Assembly (NCBI GenBank): GCA_977017575.1
Contig: CDRNVI010000138.1
Location: forward strand, 1-64,000
Origin: Paramoeba atlantica
Lineage: Eukaryota > Protista > Discosea
Reading direction: 5' to 3'
Length of the DNA stretch: 64,000 nt
The stretch's first letter is position 1. Every line of letters begins with the position of its first letter. The translations under genes and the position numbers were made by a program. Shown here piece after piece: positions 34,191 to 47,945 of the stretch. Under the pieces are notes generated by a model. That model did not search any database. It was not told where the DNA came from and saw only the letters and a list, made by a program, of their open reading frames with translations.

Positions 34191-35813
34191 ATGGAAGATG
34201 AAGAAAACTATTTTGTAATTGACGAAGAAGAAGATGAAGAAGAAGAAGACGATTTTCACCATGTTGTTGTTGAAGATGACCACCTTTTCTTTGAAGATGA
34301 AATTCATCTTTCTTCTTCTTCTTCTCCTCCTCCTCCATCGCCTTCTTCTTCTTCTTCTTCTTCTTCTTCTTCTTCTTCTTCTTCTTCTTCTTCCTCTTCC
34401 TCCTCTTCTCCCTCTTCTTCTTCTTCTTCCTCTTCTCCTTCTACTGCTTCTCCATCCTCCTCTAAAGTAATTCCTTCTCCTTCTCCCTCTCCTTCTCCCT
34501 CTCCTTCTCCCTCTCTTTCTCCTTCTCCTTCTCCCTCTCTTTCTCCTTCTCCTTCTCCCTCTCCCTCTCCCTCTCCTCCTCTTCCTTCCTCTTCTCCTTC
34601 TCTCCCTCAATCGTCTTCCCAAGAAAATCCTTCTCCTTCTTCTTCTTCTTCTTCTTCCTCTCTTCCCTCTTCTCCATCTCTTTCACTCCCAACAGAAAAG
34701 AAACCAAATCAAGAAATAAGTTTAAAAGAAAAAGAAAAAGAAAAAGAAAAAGAAAGAAAGAAAGAAGTAACTTCAAAAGAAATAAGTTTAAAAGAAAAAG
34801 AAGAAGAAGAAGAAAGAAAGAAAGAAATTAGTATCAAAGAAATGGAAAAAAATCTAGAAATGTGTTTAAAAGAAACAGAAGAAACAGGACAAAAAGAAGG
34901 ATTGAGAAGAGAATGTTCCAAAAATCCTCTTCTTTTTCTCTCTTCTCCTTCTCTCTCTTCTTCTTCTCTTCCTTCTTCTTCTCTTCCTTCTTCTTCTTCT
35001 TCTTTTTCTTCTTCTTCTTCTTTTTCTCTTTCTTCTTCTTCTTATTTTTCTTCTTTTTCTTCTTTTCGTTTTCGTGTTTGGGCTGCTCTTTTAGGTTTTG
35101 TTTTTTGTTTTATTTTTTATTTTTTGTTTTATTTTTTTTATTTTTTAATTTTAATTTTTTTTGAATTCATTTAAAATTTAAAAATGATATTTTTAAATCA
35201 ATGATTTTATTAATTCTTATTTATCCAAAGAACATTCTTTTTCTTTTCTTTTTCTTTTTCTTTTCTTTTTCTTTTCTTTTTCTTTTCTTTTCTTTTTCTT
35301 TTTCTTTTCTTTTCTTTTTCTTTTTCTTTTCTTTTCTTTTTCTTTTTCTTTTCTTTTCTTTTCTTTTTCTTTTCTTTTCTATTAATTAAAAAACAAAAAA
35401 AAAAAAAACAGATGTGCATTTAGTGGATGGTTTTAACCAAGAAGAAATAATCGAAAAAAAATTAATTCATTCTCCAAATTATGAAAAGTTGGAAGAAGAA
35501 GTTGAAGAAGAATTGACAAATTGTTTTGTTTTTTCGAAATGTTCTTCTTTTCTTTCGAATGTTTGTTTTGTTTTGGATCGTTTTCTTTCTTTGTTTTCTC
35601 TTTCTTATGAGGTTTTCTTTTTTTGTTTTATTTTTTGTTTTATTTTTTGTTTTATTTATTTATTTATTTATTTATTTATTTTATTTTATTCTTGATTTCT
35701 TCTTGATAATGATTGTCAATTTATTAATAAATAAAAATAAAAACAGAAAGGGATGGCTACAATTGTAGCCCCATTTGTTTTACTTGTTATTGGTTTGTTT
35801 CTCTTTTATGTGA

Positions 35814-35844
<31 letters not shown>

Positions 35845-38800
35845 ACACATCCATACATAATAAAATAAAATAAAATAAAAATAAAATAAAAATAAAAAAA
35901 TAAAAAAATAAAAAAATAAAAAAATAAAAAAATAAAAAAAATAAAAAAAAATTTAAAAATTTAAAAATTAAAAAATTAAAAAATTAAAAAAAAAAATAGA
36001 AGAAGCAAAAGAAGACGGAAGAACAACAGGAAAAGATGTCATCCATCTTTCTTTTCTTTTCTTTTTGGCTTTTTTAAAGAAATTTGTGACTGGCGGTAAA
36101 TTTGATCTTCCTTCTTTTTCTTTTTCTTCTTCTAATTCCAGACAATCTCTTTTTAGGTTTTTTTTTTGTTTTTTTTGAATTCCTTTTTTTGAATTCTTTT
36201 TTTTTTGAATTCTTTTTTGATTTGTTGTTGTTTTTTTTCTTCTTCTTTATTTTTCGTAAAACACAATTTTTTTTTTCTTATCTTCTTTCCTCCCCTCCAA
36301 TTCTTTCTCTTATCCTCTTCTCCCTCCCTCTCTCTCTTTCCCTTCTCTCTCTCTCTCTCTCCTCCAAAAAAACAAAAAAAAAAAAAAAAGATTGTTACTT
36401 CAATACCACGACAACGAACTAGGAAAAAAAATCGAAGAAAAAACGCTCTCAGAATTCCAAAGAAAAAGAACCTTCCGAAACCACCTCCCTCTCATCTCTT
36501 TCTCTTCTCTCTCTCTTCTCTTTCTCTTCTACGACTGGGTCATCATCTCCGGGGATGTCTCTCTCTTCCCCTTTCTCTCTCTCTCTCATCTTCTCTCTTC
36601 TCGGGAGGTGTTTTTTGATGTTTCTTTCTCTTTGGAAAGAGTGGTTGATCATCTTTCTGATTGGGGTGTCACTTCTGAGAGGGAGCTTTCTTCTCTTTTT
36701 GATTCTGTCAATCGGATCCGTTCTCTCACTCCTCGCTCTTTTAATCGCTTTTTTGTCTCTTGTCTTCTTCAACAAGGTTTTGTTTTTTTGTTTTTTTGTT
36801 TTTTTTATTTTTATTTTTTTTAAAATGTTGTTGTTGAATTTTGTTTTTTGTTTTTTGTCATTAAATTATTAATTAAATTATCAATTAAAATAATAATTCT
36901 AAAAATAAAAAATAAAATTTTAAAAAAAACAGAGGATTACAAATGGGTGGAGAAGTGTTTAAGAGAAGCCCCTTGTTTACCCATCATTGCCTCTGAGATT
37001 GTACTAGGTTCTCTTTATTTTTTTTTTATAAAAAAAATCTTTTTGAATCCATATTGACTAATTTTCTCTCTCTCTCTCTCCCTCTCTCTCTTCTCTCTTC
37101 TCTCTCTTCTCTCTCTCTCTCCTCTCTCTCTTCTCTCTCTCCCTTTTCTAAAACACCAGAAACAGAGAAAAGAAAAAAAGGAGAAAAAGGAGAAAAAAAG
37201 CACAAAAAATTTCTCCTAATAGATCTGAGAGACAAAGAATCTTTCGAGAGAGGACACCTCCCAACAGCTCTCCATGTCCCATTTCAAAAAGACAATTTTT
37301 TATCTTTTGAGAAAGAAATGAAAGAAGTTCTTCTTTCTTTGGAGAATACTTCTATTATTGTTGCTTTGTGTGCTTATGGTCCTCCTTTTCCGCATTCGCA
37401 GGAGTCTTCTTTTTCTTCTTCTTCTTCTTCTTCTTCTTCTTCTTCTTCTCTTTCTTCTTCTCTTTCTTCTTCTTCTTCTCTTTCTCTCTGTGTTGTTGAT
37501 GAGCTTGTTATTCGTGCAGCGCCAATCTTGATGCAATTGGGAGTTGTTAATTTGGGTTTTGTTTTGGATGGTTATGCTGCTTTTCATCAAGTACTTTTTT
37601 TTTTTTTCTTCTTCTTCTTCTTTTCTCCTTTTTCTTTTTCTTTCTCTTTTCTTTTTACTTTCTGTCTCTTTTTATTTTCTTTCTTTTGTTTTGCTGATAA
37701 GACAATAAGACAAACCATTGATCAAAATGGATCACAATTTCCGAAACAAAAGAATATTTATTGACCTCTTTTTTTGAAAATAGCTTTGGGCTGATGAGCG
37801 AAATCGAAAAGGAATGATCGAAGAAGGAGAAGTTGTTGAATTAGTTTCACATGACCAAGAAAAATGTCCTTTATGTTTTTTGAATTCTTCTGGCAATCCC
37901 ACTCAATATTTCTCTGGTTTTGTTTTCTTTCTTTTTTTCTCTCTCTTGAAAATGAGGGGGGGTGGTTTGTTTTGTTTTTAACCTTTCACAAAACAGAAAC
38001 GTTTGATCAATTTCTTAAAGGAGCAGAAGAAGAAGTTGAAAGTATTCAACATTTTCTCCAAGATCTCTTGACTTTCGAGAGTCAAGAAGATGATGATGAA
38101 CAACAAACCGAAGAGGAGAAAGGAAGCACAACAGAAAGTGAAAGTGATGGATGGGCGGCAGTAGTAAAGTACTCTTCTGCTTTATCTGAGAAAGTCCTCT
38201 CAGATGATACACGCCAAGGCTTGGGTTATCTTTGGAATGGTGTTTGGGGAGATTCTCCTGATTCCTCTCAACCTTTACCACCTTCTTCCTCCTCCGCTTC
38301 CTCTTTATCTTCTTCATCATCTCCTTCGTCTTCCTCTCCTTCTTCATCTTCGTCTTCGTCTTCATCTCCCTCATCATCTCCCTCTTCATCCTCACCCTCT
38401 CCCTCTTCAGTGACTTCCTCTTCATCTCCTTCTTCATCATCATCGACTTTCTCTTCCTCTTCCTCTTCCTCTTCCTCTTCCTCTTCCTCTTCAAGCACAT
38501 CACCACCAACAACCACAACAAGTACCTCATCAAAACCACAGATCCCGAATGTAATCACAAAAGTTGAAGGAACACTCGAAAAATGGTTGGGATACAAAGG
38601 CGCAACAGACTTTCCATGTCAATTCCTTGAAACAGATTCAACAACAACAACAACAACAATGGGGATATTTTTGATCACATTGACACATCTTTATGTTGCT
38701 CCTGCACCTGACTTAATTACAGAGAGTGTCCAAGGAGAAAGAATGTCGCTGATGCATTTGTTGAGAGTTGGATCAGACCAAAAGTCACCCGCCACTCTTT

Positions 38801-38952
38801 CATTTTATTTCAGAGGAGGAGCTGGAGGAACTGAGTTGGTTCGGAAATACGATTTTTTTGACAATAGAAAGGAAGTCATCCAACTTGTGAGTGAACGTTT
38901 CTCAGCTTTGCGAGAACAAGTCATCAAACAAATGGAAAGATCAAAAAAATAA
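34191..38952 (+). CDS. TBC1D23: TBC + rhodanese + C-terminal PH-like protein (TBC1D23-like), many exons, long Ser/Glu-rich inserts
   Basis: FRVWAALL, LLQYHDNEL, YDW, rhodanese LLIDLRDKESFERGHLPTALHV and VLDGYAAFH, and a C-terminal beta-rich FPCQF..IFLITLTHLY..LSFYF..YDF segment. The domain order matches TBC1D23; the exon map is incomplete. Confidence 0.68.
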
Positions 38953-39123
38953 GAATGAACAAATCAAAAAACACTCCCCTCTTTATCCCCTTTCTTTTTT
39001 TTTTTTCCAAAACAAACCCCAAAACTTTTTCATTCCAAAAAAAAAAAAAAGATTCACAAAAAACAAAAACAAAAAAAAAAACAGTCAGTCCTTTTGTTTT
39101 ATTATTTCCGAGCCTGTTCAAGT

Positions 39124-40129
39124 TTACTCTTCACGGCCACCACGAGATCCACCTCGTCCGAAGCCACCTCGTCCGAAGCCACCACGGCCAAAGCCACCAC
39201 GGCCACGTCCCTCACCACGTCCTCCTTGACCTCCTTCAGTGCGACCCTCCCCTCGACGCTAAAGGATTTAAAAATCAATGAAAGAAAAAGAAAGGGAGAG
39301 AGAGAGAGAAAGGGAGAGGGAGAGGAGAAGAGGAATATAATATTGTTTCAAAAAAAAAATAAGGGATGGGGGGGGGTTGAAATCAATATTGTTCAAAAAT
39401 AGGATAGAGAGCGTGTGTGATATTTTGGAGAGGAAAAAAATAAAGAAAGAAAAATAAAGAAAAATCAAGAGGAGAAGAGAAGAGAGAGAAAAGAAAAAAA
39501 CGAACGAAAGAAGGCTCAAAAGCACCAGGAGCACGACCCAACTTTCTATCATCAGAGAAAGGACGAGAGCGATCACCACCTTGGCGAGAACGATCACCAC
39601 CTTGGCGAGCAGGAGCTTGACGGACAGGAGCCTTTTGTCGAGATTTTGGGAGGACATCAGGGTCAACTCCGAGGTAGTCTCTCAAATAGGCAATCCCCTC
39701 TTCAGTTAAATAGTAATAATACCACATCCAAGAGAAGTTTGTGCGAACGTAACCACGAGAGGTCAATGATTGCATTGCCTTGATCACGTAAAGGTTACGG
39801 ACTTCGAGGTTGTGATGTTTGGGGATGTTGAAGTCCTTTCGGGCAACCAAGGTTCCCTCTGTGGGGAGAGAAAAAAAAAAAAAGGAAACTCAATTTTTGG
39901 TGGAGATTTGAAAAAGAGGAGAAACACACTCAAATTCCTCTTTACCAGGACAACAATGTCACCTCAATGGGCAAAGTCACAACAACAACAAAAAAAACAC
40001 CAAAAAATCCCATTTTTTGGGAAAAAAAAAAATGTCCAGACAAAAAAAAAGAAGAGAAAGGGGATGAGAAAAAAGAACCTCGAAAGAGAGCTTCATAGAT
40101 GACAAGGCGGTCCTTCTTGGGGATAAGCA
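39124..40129 (-). CDS. RPS10: 40S ribosomal protein S10 with RGG tail, 3 exons
   Basis: MLIPKKDRLVIYEALFR|EGTLVARKD, VRNLYVIKAMQSLTSRGYV, FSWMWYYYYLTEEGIAYLRDYL, and a GRGGFGRG tail ending at TAA 39124. Confidence 0.97.
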
Positions 40130-40562
40130 TCCTGGGCAACGCCGAAAGAGAAAAAGGGAAAGAGGAAACTGTACTACTCTTCTTCTTTTTTGATATCTTT
40201 TTGTAAAGTAATACCACTTTGATTTTCACTATTTTTGAGATGAAAATACTCTTTGTCGACGCTTGAACGCACGAAGGGAACCAACTCTCATAGTAAATTA
40301 TTATGAAAAAGTCCATACCAAAAGTTAAAAGCTGATGTCATTTTCGTCGATGTCACCTTTTTTTATTTTACTGTAAAACTCACTAAAATAAAAATTGGGG
40401 TGTCCATTTTCATTGGGACTCCCGAAAAAGCGCTCCAAAAAATTGCTAAATATTTTTCGTCTGCCAACTGAGGCGAATTTTGTTCTCTTTCTCAATTTTC
40501 TTGTGTTTCTTTCTTTTTTTTTTATTTTTTTGACATCTTTCTTCTGTTCCAAAAAAGAAAAT

Positions 40563-42225
40563 ATGGCTTCTGAAGGTCACCCACTTGAACAAACACCTCC
40601 TTTGTATTTGACCGATCGTCGATTTCTTTTGACTTGTAGTGATGATGTTGTGAGTCCCCAAGAAAAAGAAACACACAAACGTTTTCTCTTGGAGGAGATC
40701 GAGAAGAAAGGTTTTTTGTTCTGTTTTTTTTTTTTTCAAAACAAAGTTGGAGATATCGTTCACTTTTCTTCTTCTCTATCTATGATAGAGAGAGAGTCTC
40801 TTTCCTGAAATTTTTCATTCATCTTAGGTATGGTTCATCTCTACCTTGCTCTTTGTGATCAATTCAAATGGGCCAAAGACGAGAAGAAAGTTGATGAGAT
40901 GAAAGAAAAAAACTCGAAAATTGTTGAAGGATTGAAGAACAAAATCGAAGATGCTGTGGAGAACTTTGGTGAAAGTGAAGTCAGAGAAGCAACCTTAGCA
41001 GAAGCTGAACATTATTGCCGAATTGTGGATAAAGAAAACGCAGTAAATGCGTATCGAGAAACTCTTTCAAAAACAATTGGAAAAGGTGAAAAACTTGACA
41101 TTGTCTTTTCATTAATTCGGTTGGGTTTCTTTTGGCGTGATTCCCCTCTTATTTTGAGAAACATTGAGCAAGCCAAAGATCTTCTTGTCACTGGTGGTGA
41201 TTGGGATCGAAAAAATCGTCTCCATGCTTATGAAGGTTTTTTTCTTTTAACTTTTCTTTTTTTTTCTTTTTTTTTTTTGGTGAGGGAGGGAGGGAGGAAG
41301 GGAGGGAGGTGGCGGGTTGTATTTTGTTTTTGGCATTTCTTGTGTTAAAAGGCCGATTTGGGTGGGTATTTTTTTTTTAATGAAAAAAAAACCCAAGAAG
41401 AACATAATTTTTCTTTCTTTTTTCGAGAACACACAACCAAAAATTCTCACCGTCACACAAACAACAACAGGTCTTTACTTCATGTCAATTCGTTCATGGG
41501 ATGAGGCAGCCACGTTGTTCCTTGAAACTCTTGCTACATACACTTGCACTGAATTGTTCGAGTACAAACGTTTCATCTTTTACACTGTGGTGCTGTCGTT
41601 GGTGACTCTTCCTCGTCCAGCTCTCAAGAAAAGGATTCTTGAATCTCCTGAAGTTCACGGTGTAATTGACGAGATTCCCAGTCTTGGAGATTTGATTAAT
41701 TCATTCTATAATGCCGAGTATCGTCTCTTCTTTCAATCACTTGGTGTCATTGTTGATCAGCTCAAAAAAGATCGGTATTTAAGTAATTTTGCTGGGTACT
41801 TTTGTCGAGAGATGAGAATCAAAGCGTACAATCAATTACTTGAATCCTATCGTTCTCTTCAAATCCGCAACGTCGCAGATCAATTTGGAGTCACTCCTGA
41901 GTTTATTGATACTGATCTTTCACGTTTCATTTACTCTGGACGTGTGTACTGTAAGATTGATGCTGTTCGTGGGATTATTGAGACCTCTCGTCATGACGTT
42001 AAAAATACTCATTATCAGGTTATTTTTCTTTAACCCATTTTCTTCTTTAACCCATTTTCTTCTCATTTTTTCTTTCCTGAACGTGGGAATTTTCATTTTT
42101 TTATTGTTGCTTTTTTTTTGCTTTTTTTTTTTGAACTAAATTTCTTTTTGTTTGACTAGATGACTTTGAAATCTGGAGACAATCTCATGCACCGAGTCCA
42201 GAAATTATCTCGTGTGATTATCTGA
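40563..42225 (+). CDS. PSMD6: 26S proteasome regulatory subunit Rpn7, 4 exons
   Basis: DAVENFGESEVREA, GGDWDRKNRLHAYE|GLY, YCREMRIKAYNQLLESY, CKIDAVRGIIET, GDNLMHRVQKLSRVI. Confidence 0.97.
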
Positions 42226-42304
42226 TTCAAAACAAATCCCCTTTTACAACAACAAACAAAAAAAGTATAAAAAAATTCTAAAAAAAAATATAAGTTTATG
42301 TTTT

Positions 42305-43099
42305 TTAATTTTCTCTAATACCCATCATACCCTGGACTCGAGTCATCAAAGAATCTTTTTCAATATCATAAGGATGAGTCTTTGATGGGATCTCAAGAAT
42401 TGTTGGGAGAGCGCTCGCCCGATTTTCTGTGAGTTCGAAATATTCATCAATTGCCCCTCGAATTTCGTTGGCAATCTAAAAAGGAAGAGGAAACAATTTC
42501 AGAAAAAAGAATCTCGAAAGTAAAAAATCAGACTCTATTTTTATACGAAAAAAACAAACGTATTGGTTAATCAAAAGAATAGCAATGTCATCTCGACGAG
42601 TAAAAGTACGGAATGCATTCTCAATTTGTCCTTGGGTGGTCTCTGTCGAAAGAAAAGACAAAAAAAAAGGTCAAAAAAGATATAAGAACTCGAAAAAAAA
42701 GTCATTTCTTTCTCTCTAGATCCGAAGAATCAAAATTATCAAAAAGATTTGAACTTGAACTGACGAGGAAGAAGTTGTTTTTAAAAGATTCTTTTCTTTG
42801 CATATCACTTTCACCAATTCCGGTCAATAAAAATCCGGTAATTGTGTCCTATGAGAGGCCAAAGAAGAAAGAGAGAGAGAGAGAGATAGAATAAAGAGAT
42901 AAAAAGAGTCAAAATCTCAGAAGTGGAGGGAGTCGAAGAATAAGTTCAACAGCGGGAAGAAAGAGGTGGAAAAAAGAGAAAAAAAAGGGAAGGAAGAAAA
43001 GAGAGGTCTCAAAGAGTGAAAAGGATAGAAAAGAAAAAAGACCTCATCACCAATAACAGAAACGAGGTTACCATCTTGATTTCCGATCAACTTTGCCAT
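42305..43099 (-). CDS. ATP6V1F: V-type ATPase subunit F, 4 exons
   Basis: VSVIGDE|DTITGFLLTGIG, IENAFRTFTRRDDIAILLINQY|IANEIR, PTILEIPSKTHPYDIEKDS. Confidence 0.96.
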
Positions 43100-43503
43100 T
43101 TTTTTGTTTTTTTGAACCCACAAGAAAAGAAAAAGAAAAAGAAAAAGAAAAAAACACGATTTGCCACGGCAAAAAGAAAAAAGAGCAGACAAATCATTAG
43201 AGCTCTAATTTTAGCTCTTGCCAAGAGTTTTCTCGAAAAGTTGCCAGTTTTTTTGATTTTTCTTTTTCTCATTTTTCCATATCTCCAACTTTTTAAAAAG
43301 ACTTGGAATAGGAAGGGTCGAAAAGGAGCAAATGGCTAATTGAACCGTTTCTTTTTTTTGATTTTACAACGCTTGGACAACTTTGAAAGGAAAAAAAAGA
43401 GGTCCCACTTCTCCTCTTCCTCCTTTTCTCTTTCTTCTTCCTCTCCTTTCTCTCTCTCTCTCTCTTTCTCTCTTTCTCTCCACTGGAGTCCAAAAAAACA
43501 CCG

Positions 43504-46500
43504 ATGTTTCACATTTCTCCAACCCTGAGACCTTGGCAAAAGAAAGATCCATTCAGCCTTTCTTCTTTCCCTCCAAAACCACCACAACCTTCATGGGGTT
43601 CTCCTGCGCTCAAAACACAACAGCATAAACCACAAGAAAATCGAACTGCTCCTTCTCTTGTTGATCTTTGTCTTGATACTCTCATTCTTTCTTTTTTCTT
43701 AAAAGGTTCAATATTTTTCTTTTTGTTGTTGTTTTTTTTCTTCTTCTTCCATGTCCTTCGGTCTCTCTCGTATTGATCGTTCAAAATTTTCCTTGTTTCT
43801 TCTTAGGAGTTTCTGAGAAAGATGAACAAAAACGTGTCGAAATTTTGAATCGAGTCTTTAAACGAAAGAATTTGAAAAGTTTTTGTTTTTCGTCTTTTCT
43901 TGAAAGAAAGGTCTTGAATCCCTTGGTGCTTCGTTCGTTCTCAACCTCGAAAGGGAGTTTTATTACATCCTTGGACATCTCTGGTTCACGAGTTTCGAAT
44001 TATGCCCTCTCGTTGGTTGGCGAGATTCGCAGTTTGACAACCCTCTCTCTGCGATCTTGTACCAACTTTGATGATGGAGGTCTAGCTGCTCTTGCTCGTG
44101 GATCTTGTTCCAAATACCTCAAAAATCTCGATCTTTCGAAATGTCGGAAAGTATCTGATGCAGCAATCACAGTTTTGACCTCTTTTGAGAATCTTCGGTT
44201 GTTGGACTTGTCAGATTTGTTATTGACCGACGCTGGGATCAGTGAACTTCGATTCGGTTTTCTCAAGTTAGAGTTTCTCTCTCTTTCGAGAACAAAAATT
44301 ACAGATGAAAGTCTTGAAATCTTATCCTCTTCTTTTGGGGAGAGTGATGATCCAGAAAAAAAAGACAAGAAAGAGGCTACTGGGCTTATCTCTTTAAAGA
44401 ACCTCAAAATATGTTCTGTTGCGGTCACCTCAAAGGGGCTCCTCTATCTGACCTTATTTCCTTCTCTTGCTTTAGTCGATTTGTTTGGGACTTGGCCCTC
44501 TTCCGAAGAAGAAGAAAAATTTTGGAAAGACTTTGAAGTATCCCTCACAAAGAATCGACCTGGTACTTCGTTGCATCGAAGTGCTGGAAAGCTAATTTTG
44601 ATGCCTCCTCAGATTAAAGAAGATCGTTCGGAATTTGAACAAAAGCGTGAGTGGATCTTCAAATGCCCTGTTCAAGATCTTTGGAATATTCGAAGACTTA
44701 TCCCACTTTTGGAAGCCTCTCGTAACCCGTCTTCCTGTGGCTCCTTTGTTCCCCGGAAAACAGTTTTAATCTCACAAGGAAAGCCACAATCACTGAACTC
44801 CCCAAATATAACTTCTTTTGCTGGTGGTGGTGGTCCCAGGAATAATCCTCGGCTCACTTTTTCAACTCCCCAAACAAACCGTTTTGCCGCCAAGTTTTTA
44901 CCGACGGCGACCACAACACACCCAGCTGAACATCATCACCCACCACATGGAGGTGGCGGCCAAGGACTACGTTTTACGACCCCTCAAATTTCAAGGCATC
45001 ATCAACAACAAACCAGTCCCCGCCAACCATCCCCAACATCCCCGCAGCCCGTTGAATCTTCAGAATCAGGCCACCACCAACAAAAACCAAATTTGTCTCC
45101 ATCAAAAAAGACTCAAGAAGGAGGAGGAGGGGCGAGCGAAAAAGAAAACTCTTCTGCTCAATCAACCCCGTTCACCTTCAATCGCCTCTGTTTAGTTCGA
45201 CAGAAATCTGATGAAAAAAATCTTTCCCCCAAAAAGAAAAAAACTGGTCCAACTACCCCAGCCAAGAGGATTTTGTCGTATGATGAAGAGACACCAGAAA
45301 ACAAGAAGACGCGGAATAGTGAAGATGAAGATTCTATTGATGATGATGATGAGGTTGTATTAGGCCCAGAAGATTTCCCAGAAGGAACTTATTGTCCTTC
45401 TTGTAAGCAAGGAAATATCAAACCTCAGTATTTCTGTTTGGAGGATCCTGACCTCTGCGTTCGCTGTGCTCAAAAGAAAGGCCTCTGTTATATCTGTATC
45501 CGGCCGACTTCTCGACCTTCTATTTGCCTAGATTGTTCTCGCAAACCTCTCGCAAAAAGAAAGTGTGAATCGTGTAAAATCCGAGGACGAGTTTCGAATG
45601 GGAATCAGATGGGTTTTTGTGATCTTTGTTTTCCTGAAATCACACAATCGAGGGAGCGAATAACAAGGAAGAAGAAGATCTCTCTTCCACCAATACTGAT
45701 GAAAGCCCCAAAGAAGGAAGAGATGCGCGATAACGACGAATTGTCTGGTACTGATGAAACAAGTCAAAATCTCCAGAAAAGTCCGATCATCGTCCCTGCA
45801 GAAACAGAGAAGAGCACAACACCTCCTCTTCGAGGAATCTCATCATTTAGTGGTTCTATTAGTAGTGGTTCTGTTTCCCAAAGCCAAAGTCCTCCACGAA
45901 AAAGGATTAAACGATTATCGAAATTCGAAAAGATCAGAGAGCAATCCCTCTTTTCTGAAGGAGGATCCTCTTCTTCGCAGCCAAGCGAGTCGTCAAATGG
46001 CTTTCCTCTTCGACAGCCAGAAAAGAAGAAGAGGAAGGTGTCTGCTGAAAGTCCTGTTGTTATTGTTCGTGAGTCCCCAAAATTACAAAGAAACAAAGCC
46101 CGTCTCCCAAGAGCGCCTTCAATTGAAATGATGGATTGTGGGAAAGAAAAACAAAGTTTGCCGTCAAGCCAAGAAGAGCCCAGAAAAGGAGGAAAAAGAT
46201 TGGAGGTGGTGATTGAAAAGGAAAACAAACACCAACACCAACACCACGATGATCAGTTATCTCTTTTTCAAGAACAACCGATGGCTTGCAAATCTGTTGA
46301 AACAAAAAATCAGAAAAATACGCCCAGAAGACAACAGCAGCGCCAACAAAAGCAACAACAACAAAAGCAACAACAACCTCGAGCACCTCCTTCACCGAGT
46401 GTCGTACCATCTCCTCCTCCAAATACGGGTTCTCGATTGAGAAGACCAACACCTCGAACACCAGGAGGAAGCCAAGATGCTTTGTTGCAGAGTGCATTGA

Positions 46501-46649
46501 TGCGTTCTCGTTTGGAAGTGGATCGTATGAAAAGGATTCAATCTTATCGTGAGACAAGACTTTATTGTGAGGATCATGCCTCGAAAAAAAGGAAACGCAC
46601 CCCCTCATCATCATCCCAGTCAACGTCGACTGAAGATGATGAATTGTGA
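43504..46649 (+). CDS. LRR protein with central six-CxxC Cys cluster and long disordered regions
   Basis: PSLVDLCL in exon 1; in-frame intron 43704-43806; cysteine-containing LRRs (LTTLSLRSC, LKNLDLSKC, LRLLDLSD, LEFLSLSR); CPSC, CVRC, CYIC, CLDC, CESC and CDLC. The start codon is uncertain. Confidence 0.75.
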
Positions 46650-46936
46650 AAAAAAAAAGATGATTTGTCAACACAAAAGAGAAAACTTCTTCCATTTTTC
46701 TCTCTTTTACTTCTTATTTATCGCGAGACCAAAAGTTTCTCACAAATAACAACAACAAAAAAAAGAGCTCCAACAAGAAAAACAAAAGCCAAGAAAAATA
46801 CAAGAAAAATAAATTTATCAAAAAATAAAAAAGAAATAGTTATTTAAATCACTCATCAAGATCAAATAAAAATATGATCAAGGTCGTAGAATTTTTTTGA
46901 GACGAATTGATGACGAATTTGATGATGAAGATGTGA

Positions 46937-47945
46937 TCACATGTCCATCATAAACTCTGTATCAGGATCATCTCCCCAACCATAACCCTCATCATCATCC
47001 TCCATGTTCATGTTGCTACTACTTGAAGAAGAAGACCCTCCTTGGAAATATTGTTGCGATTCGCTTATTGCTGTTTTCCTTGTTGCCCGGCAATGGAAAA
47101 AGACCATCCGTTTCATCTTCTTGTTATAAAAGAAATAGTTGAATCCCCAACTGTTTTTTTGTTTGTTTTTGAGTAAAAGAGGAGAGAAAGGAAGAAGTGG
47201 GGAGAGTTTCCACACTTCAAATCAAAAAAAAAAAAAGAGCTAAACGAACATTCGCCCATCTTGATAGAAAGGATCAGAATCAGGATCGGGAAAGAAAGAG
47301 TACACAAGACAATCCTGCAAGAAGGGAGAAAAGAGGTTAAAAACGAAAAACAAAACAAAAAGAAGAATAAAAGTTAAAAAAAAGAATGAAAAAAAAAAGA
47401 ATGAAAAAAAAAAGAATGAAAAAAAAGAGGGAAAAAACAAAAAAAAAAGAGGGAAAAAACAAAAAAAAAAAAAGAGGGAAAACAAAAAAAAATCTGGAAA
47501 AAACCTTCAACATAATCTCCCGATCAAGAGTGGACCAAAGTTCCTCCTGAAGTTGCCCCGGAAAATGAGGAAGAGTAGACTGAAGAGGAGAGTTGATAGA
47601 ATTACAAACTAAATACAAGTTTGTTTCATCACGAAACTCTTCCGGTTTTGCGTTACTAAAATCATAATCCGGGAAAATAGCGTTCAAGGTCGCCACAAGA
47701 AAAATGAATGTTTTTCGAGATGATGTATCAGAGAGAGGGCCAAAAGGAGAAGATGCAATGCTCTCACAATGACTTGGTGATGTTGCCAATTCAGCATACA
47801 TGTTGTCCATGCTTTTGTACAATTTTCTGTCCGATCCGGGCTTGCAGGAGTACGCCTCAAGAACAGATTCGATCCGAATCCCATTCAACTCTTTGTTCAA
47901 GGAACTCGTCAGTTGGTCAAACTCATAAACTTCCAGAAACTTCAT
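46937..47945 (-). CDS. MAF1: Repressor of RNA polymerase III transcription Maf1, 3 exons
   Basis: MKFLE, EAYSCK, FGPLSDTSSRKTFIFLVATLNAIFPDYDFS, C.VYSF.PDPDSDPF, IWGFNYFFYNKKMKR, acidic tail. Confidence 0.96.
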
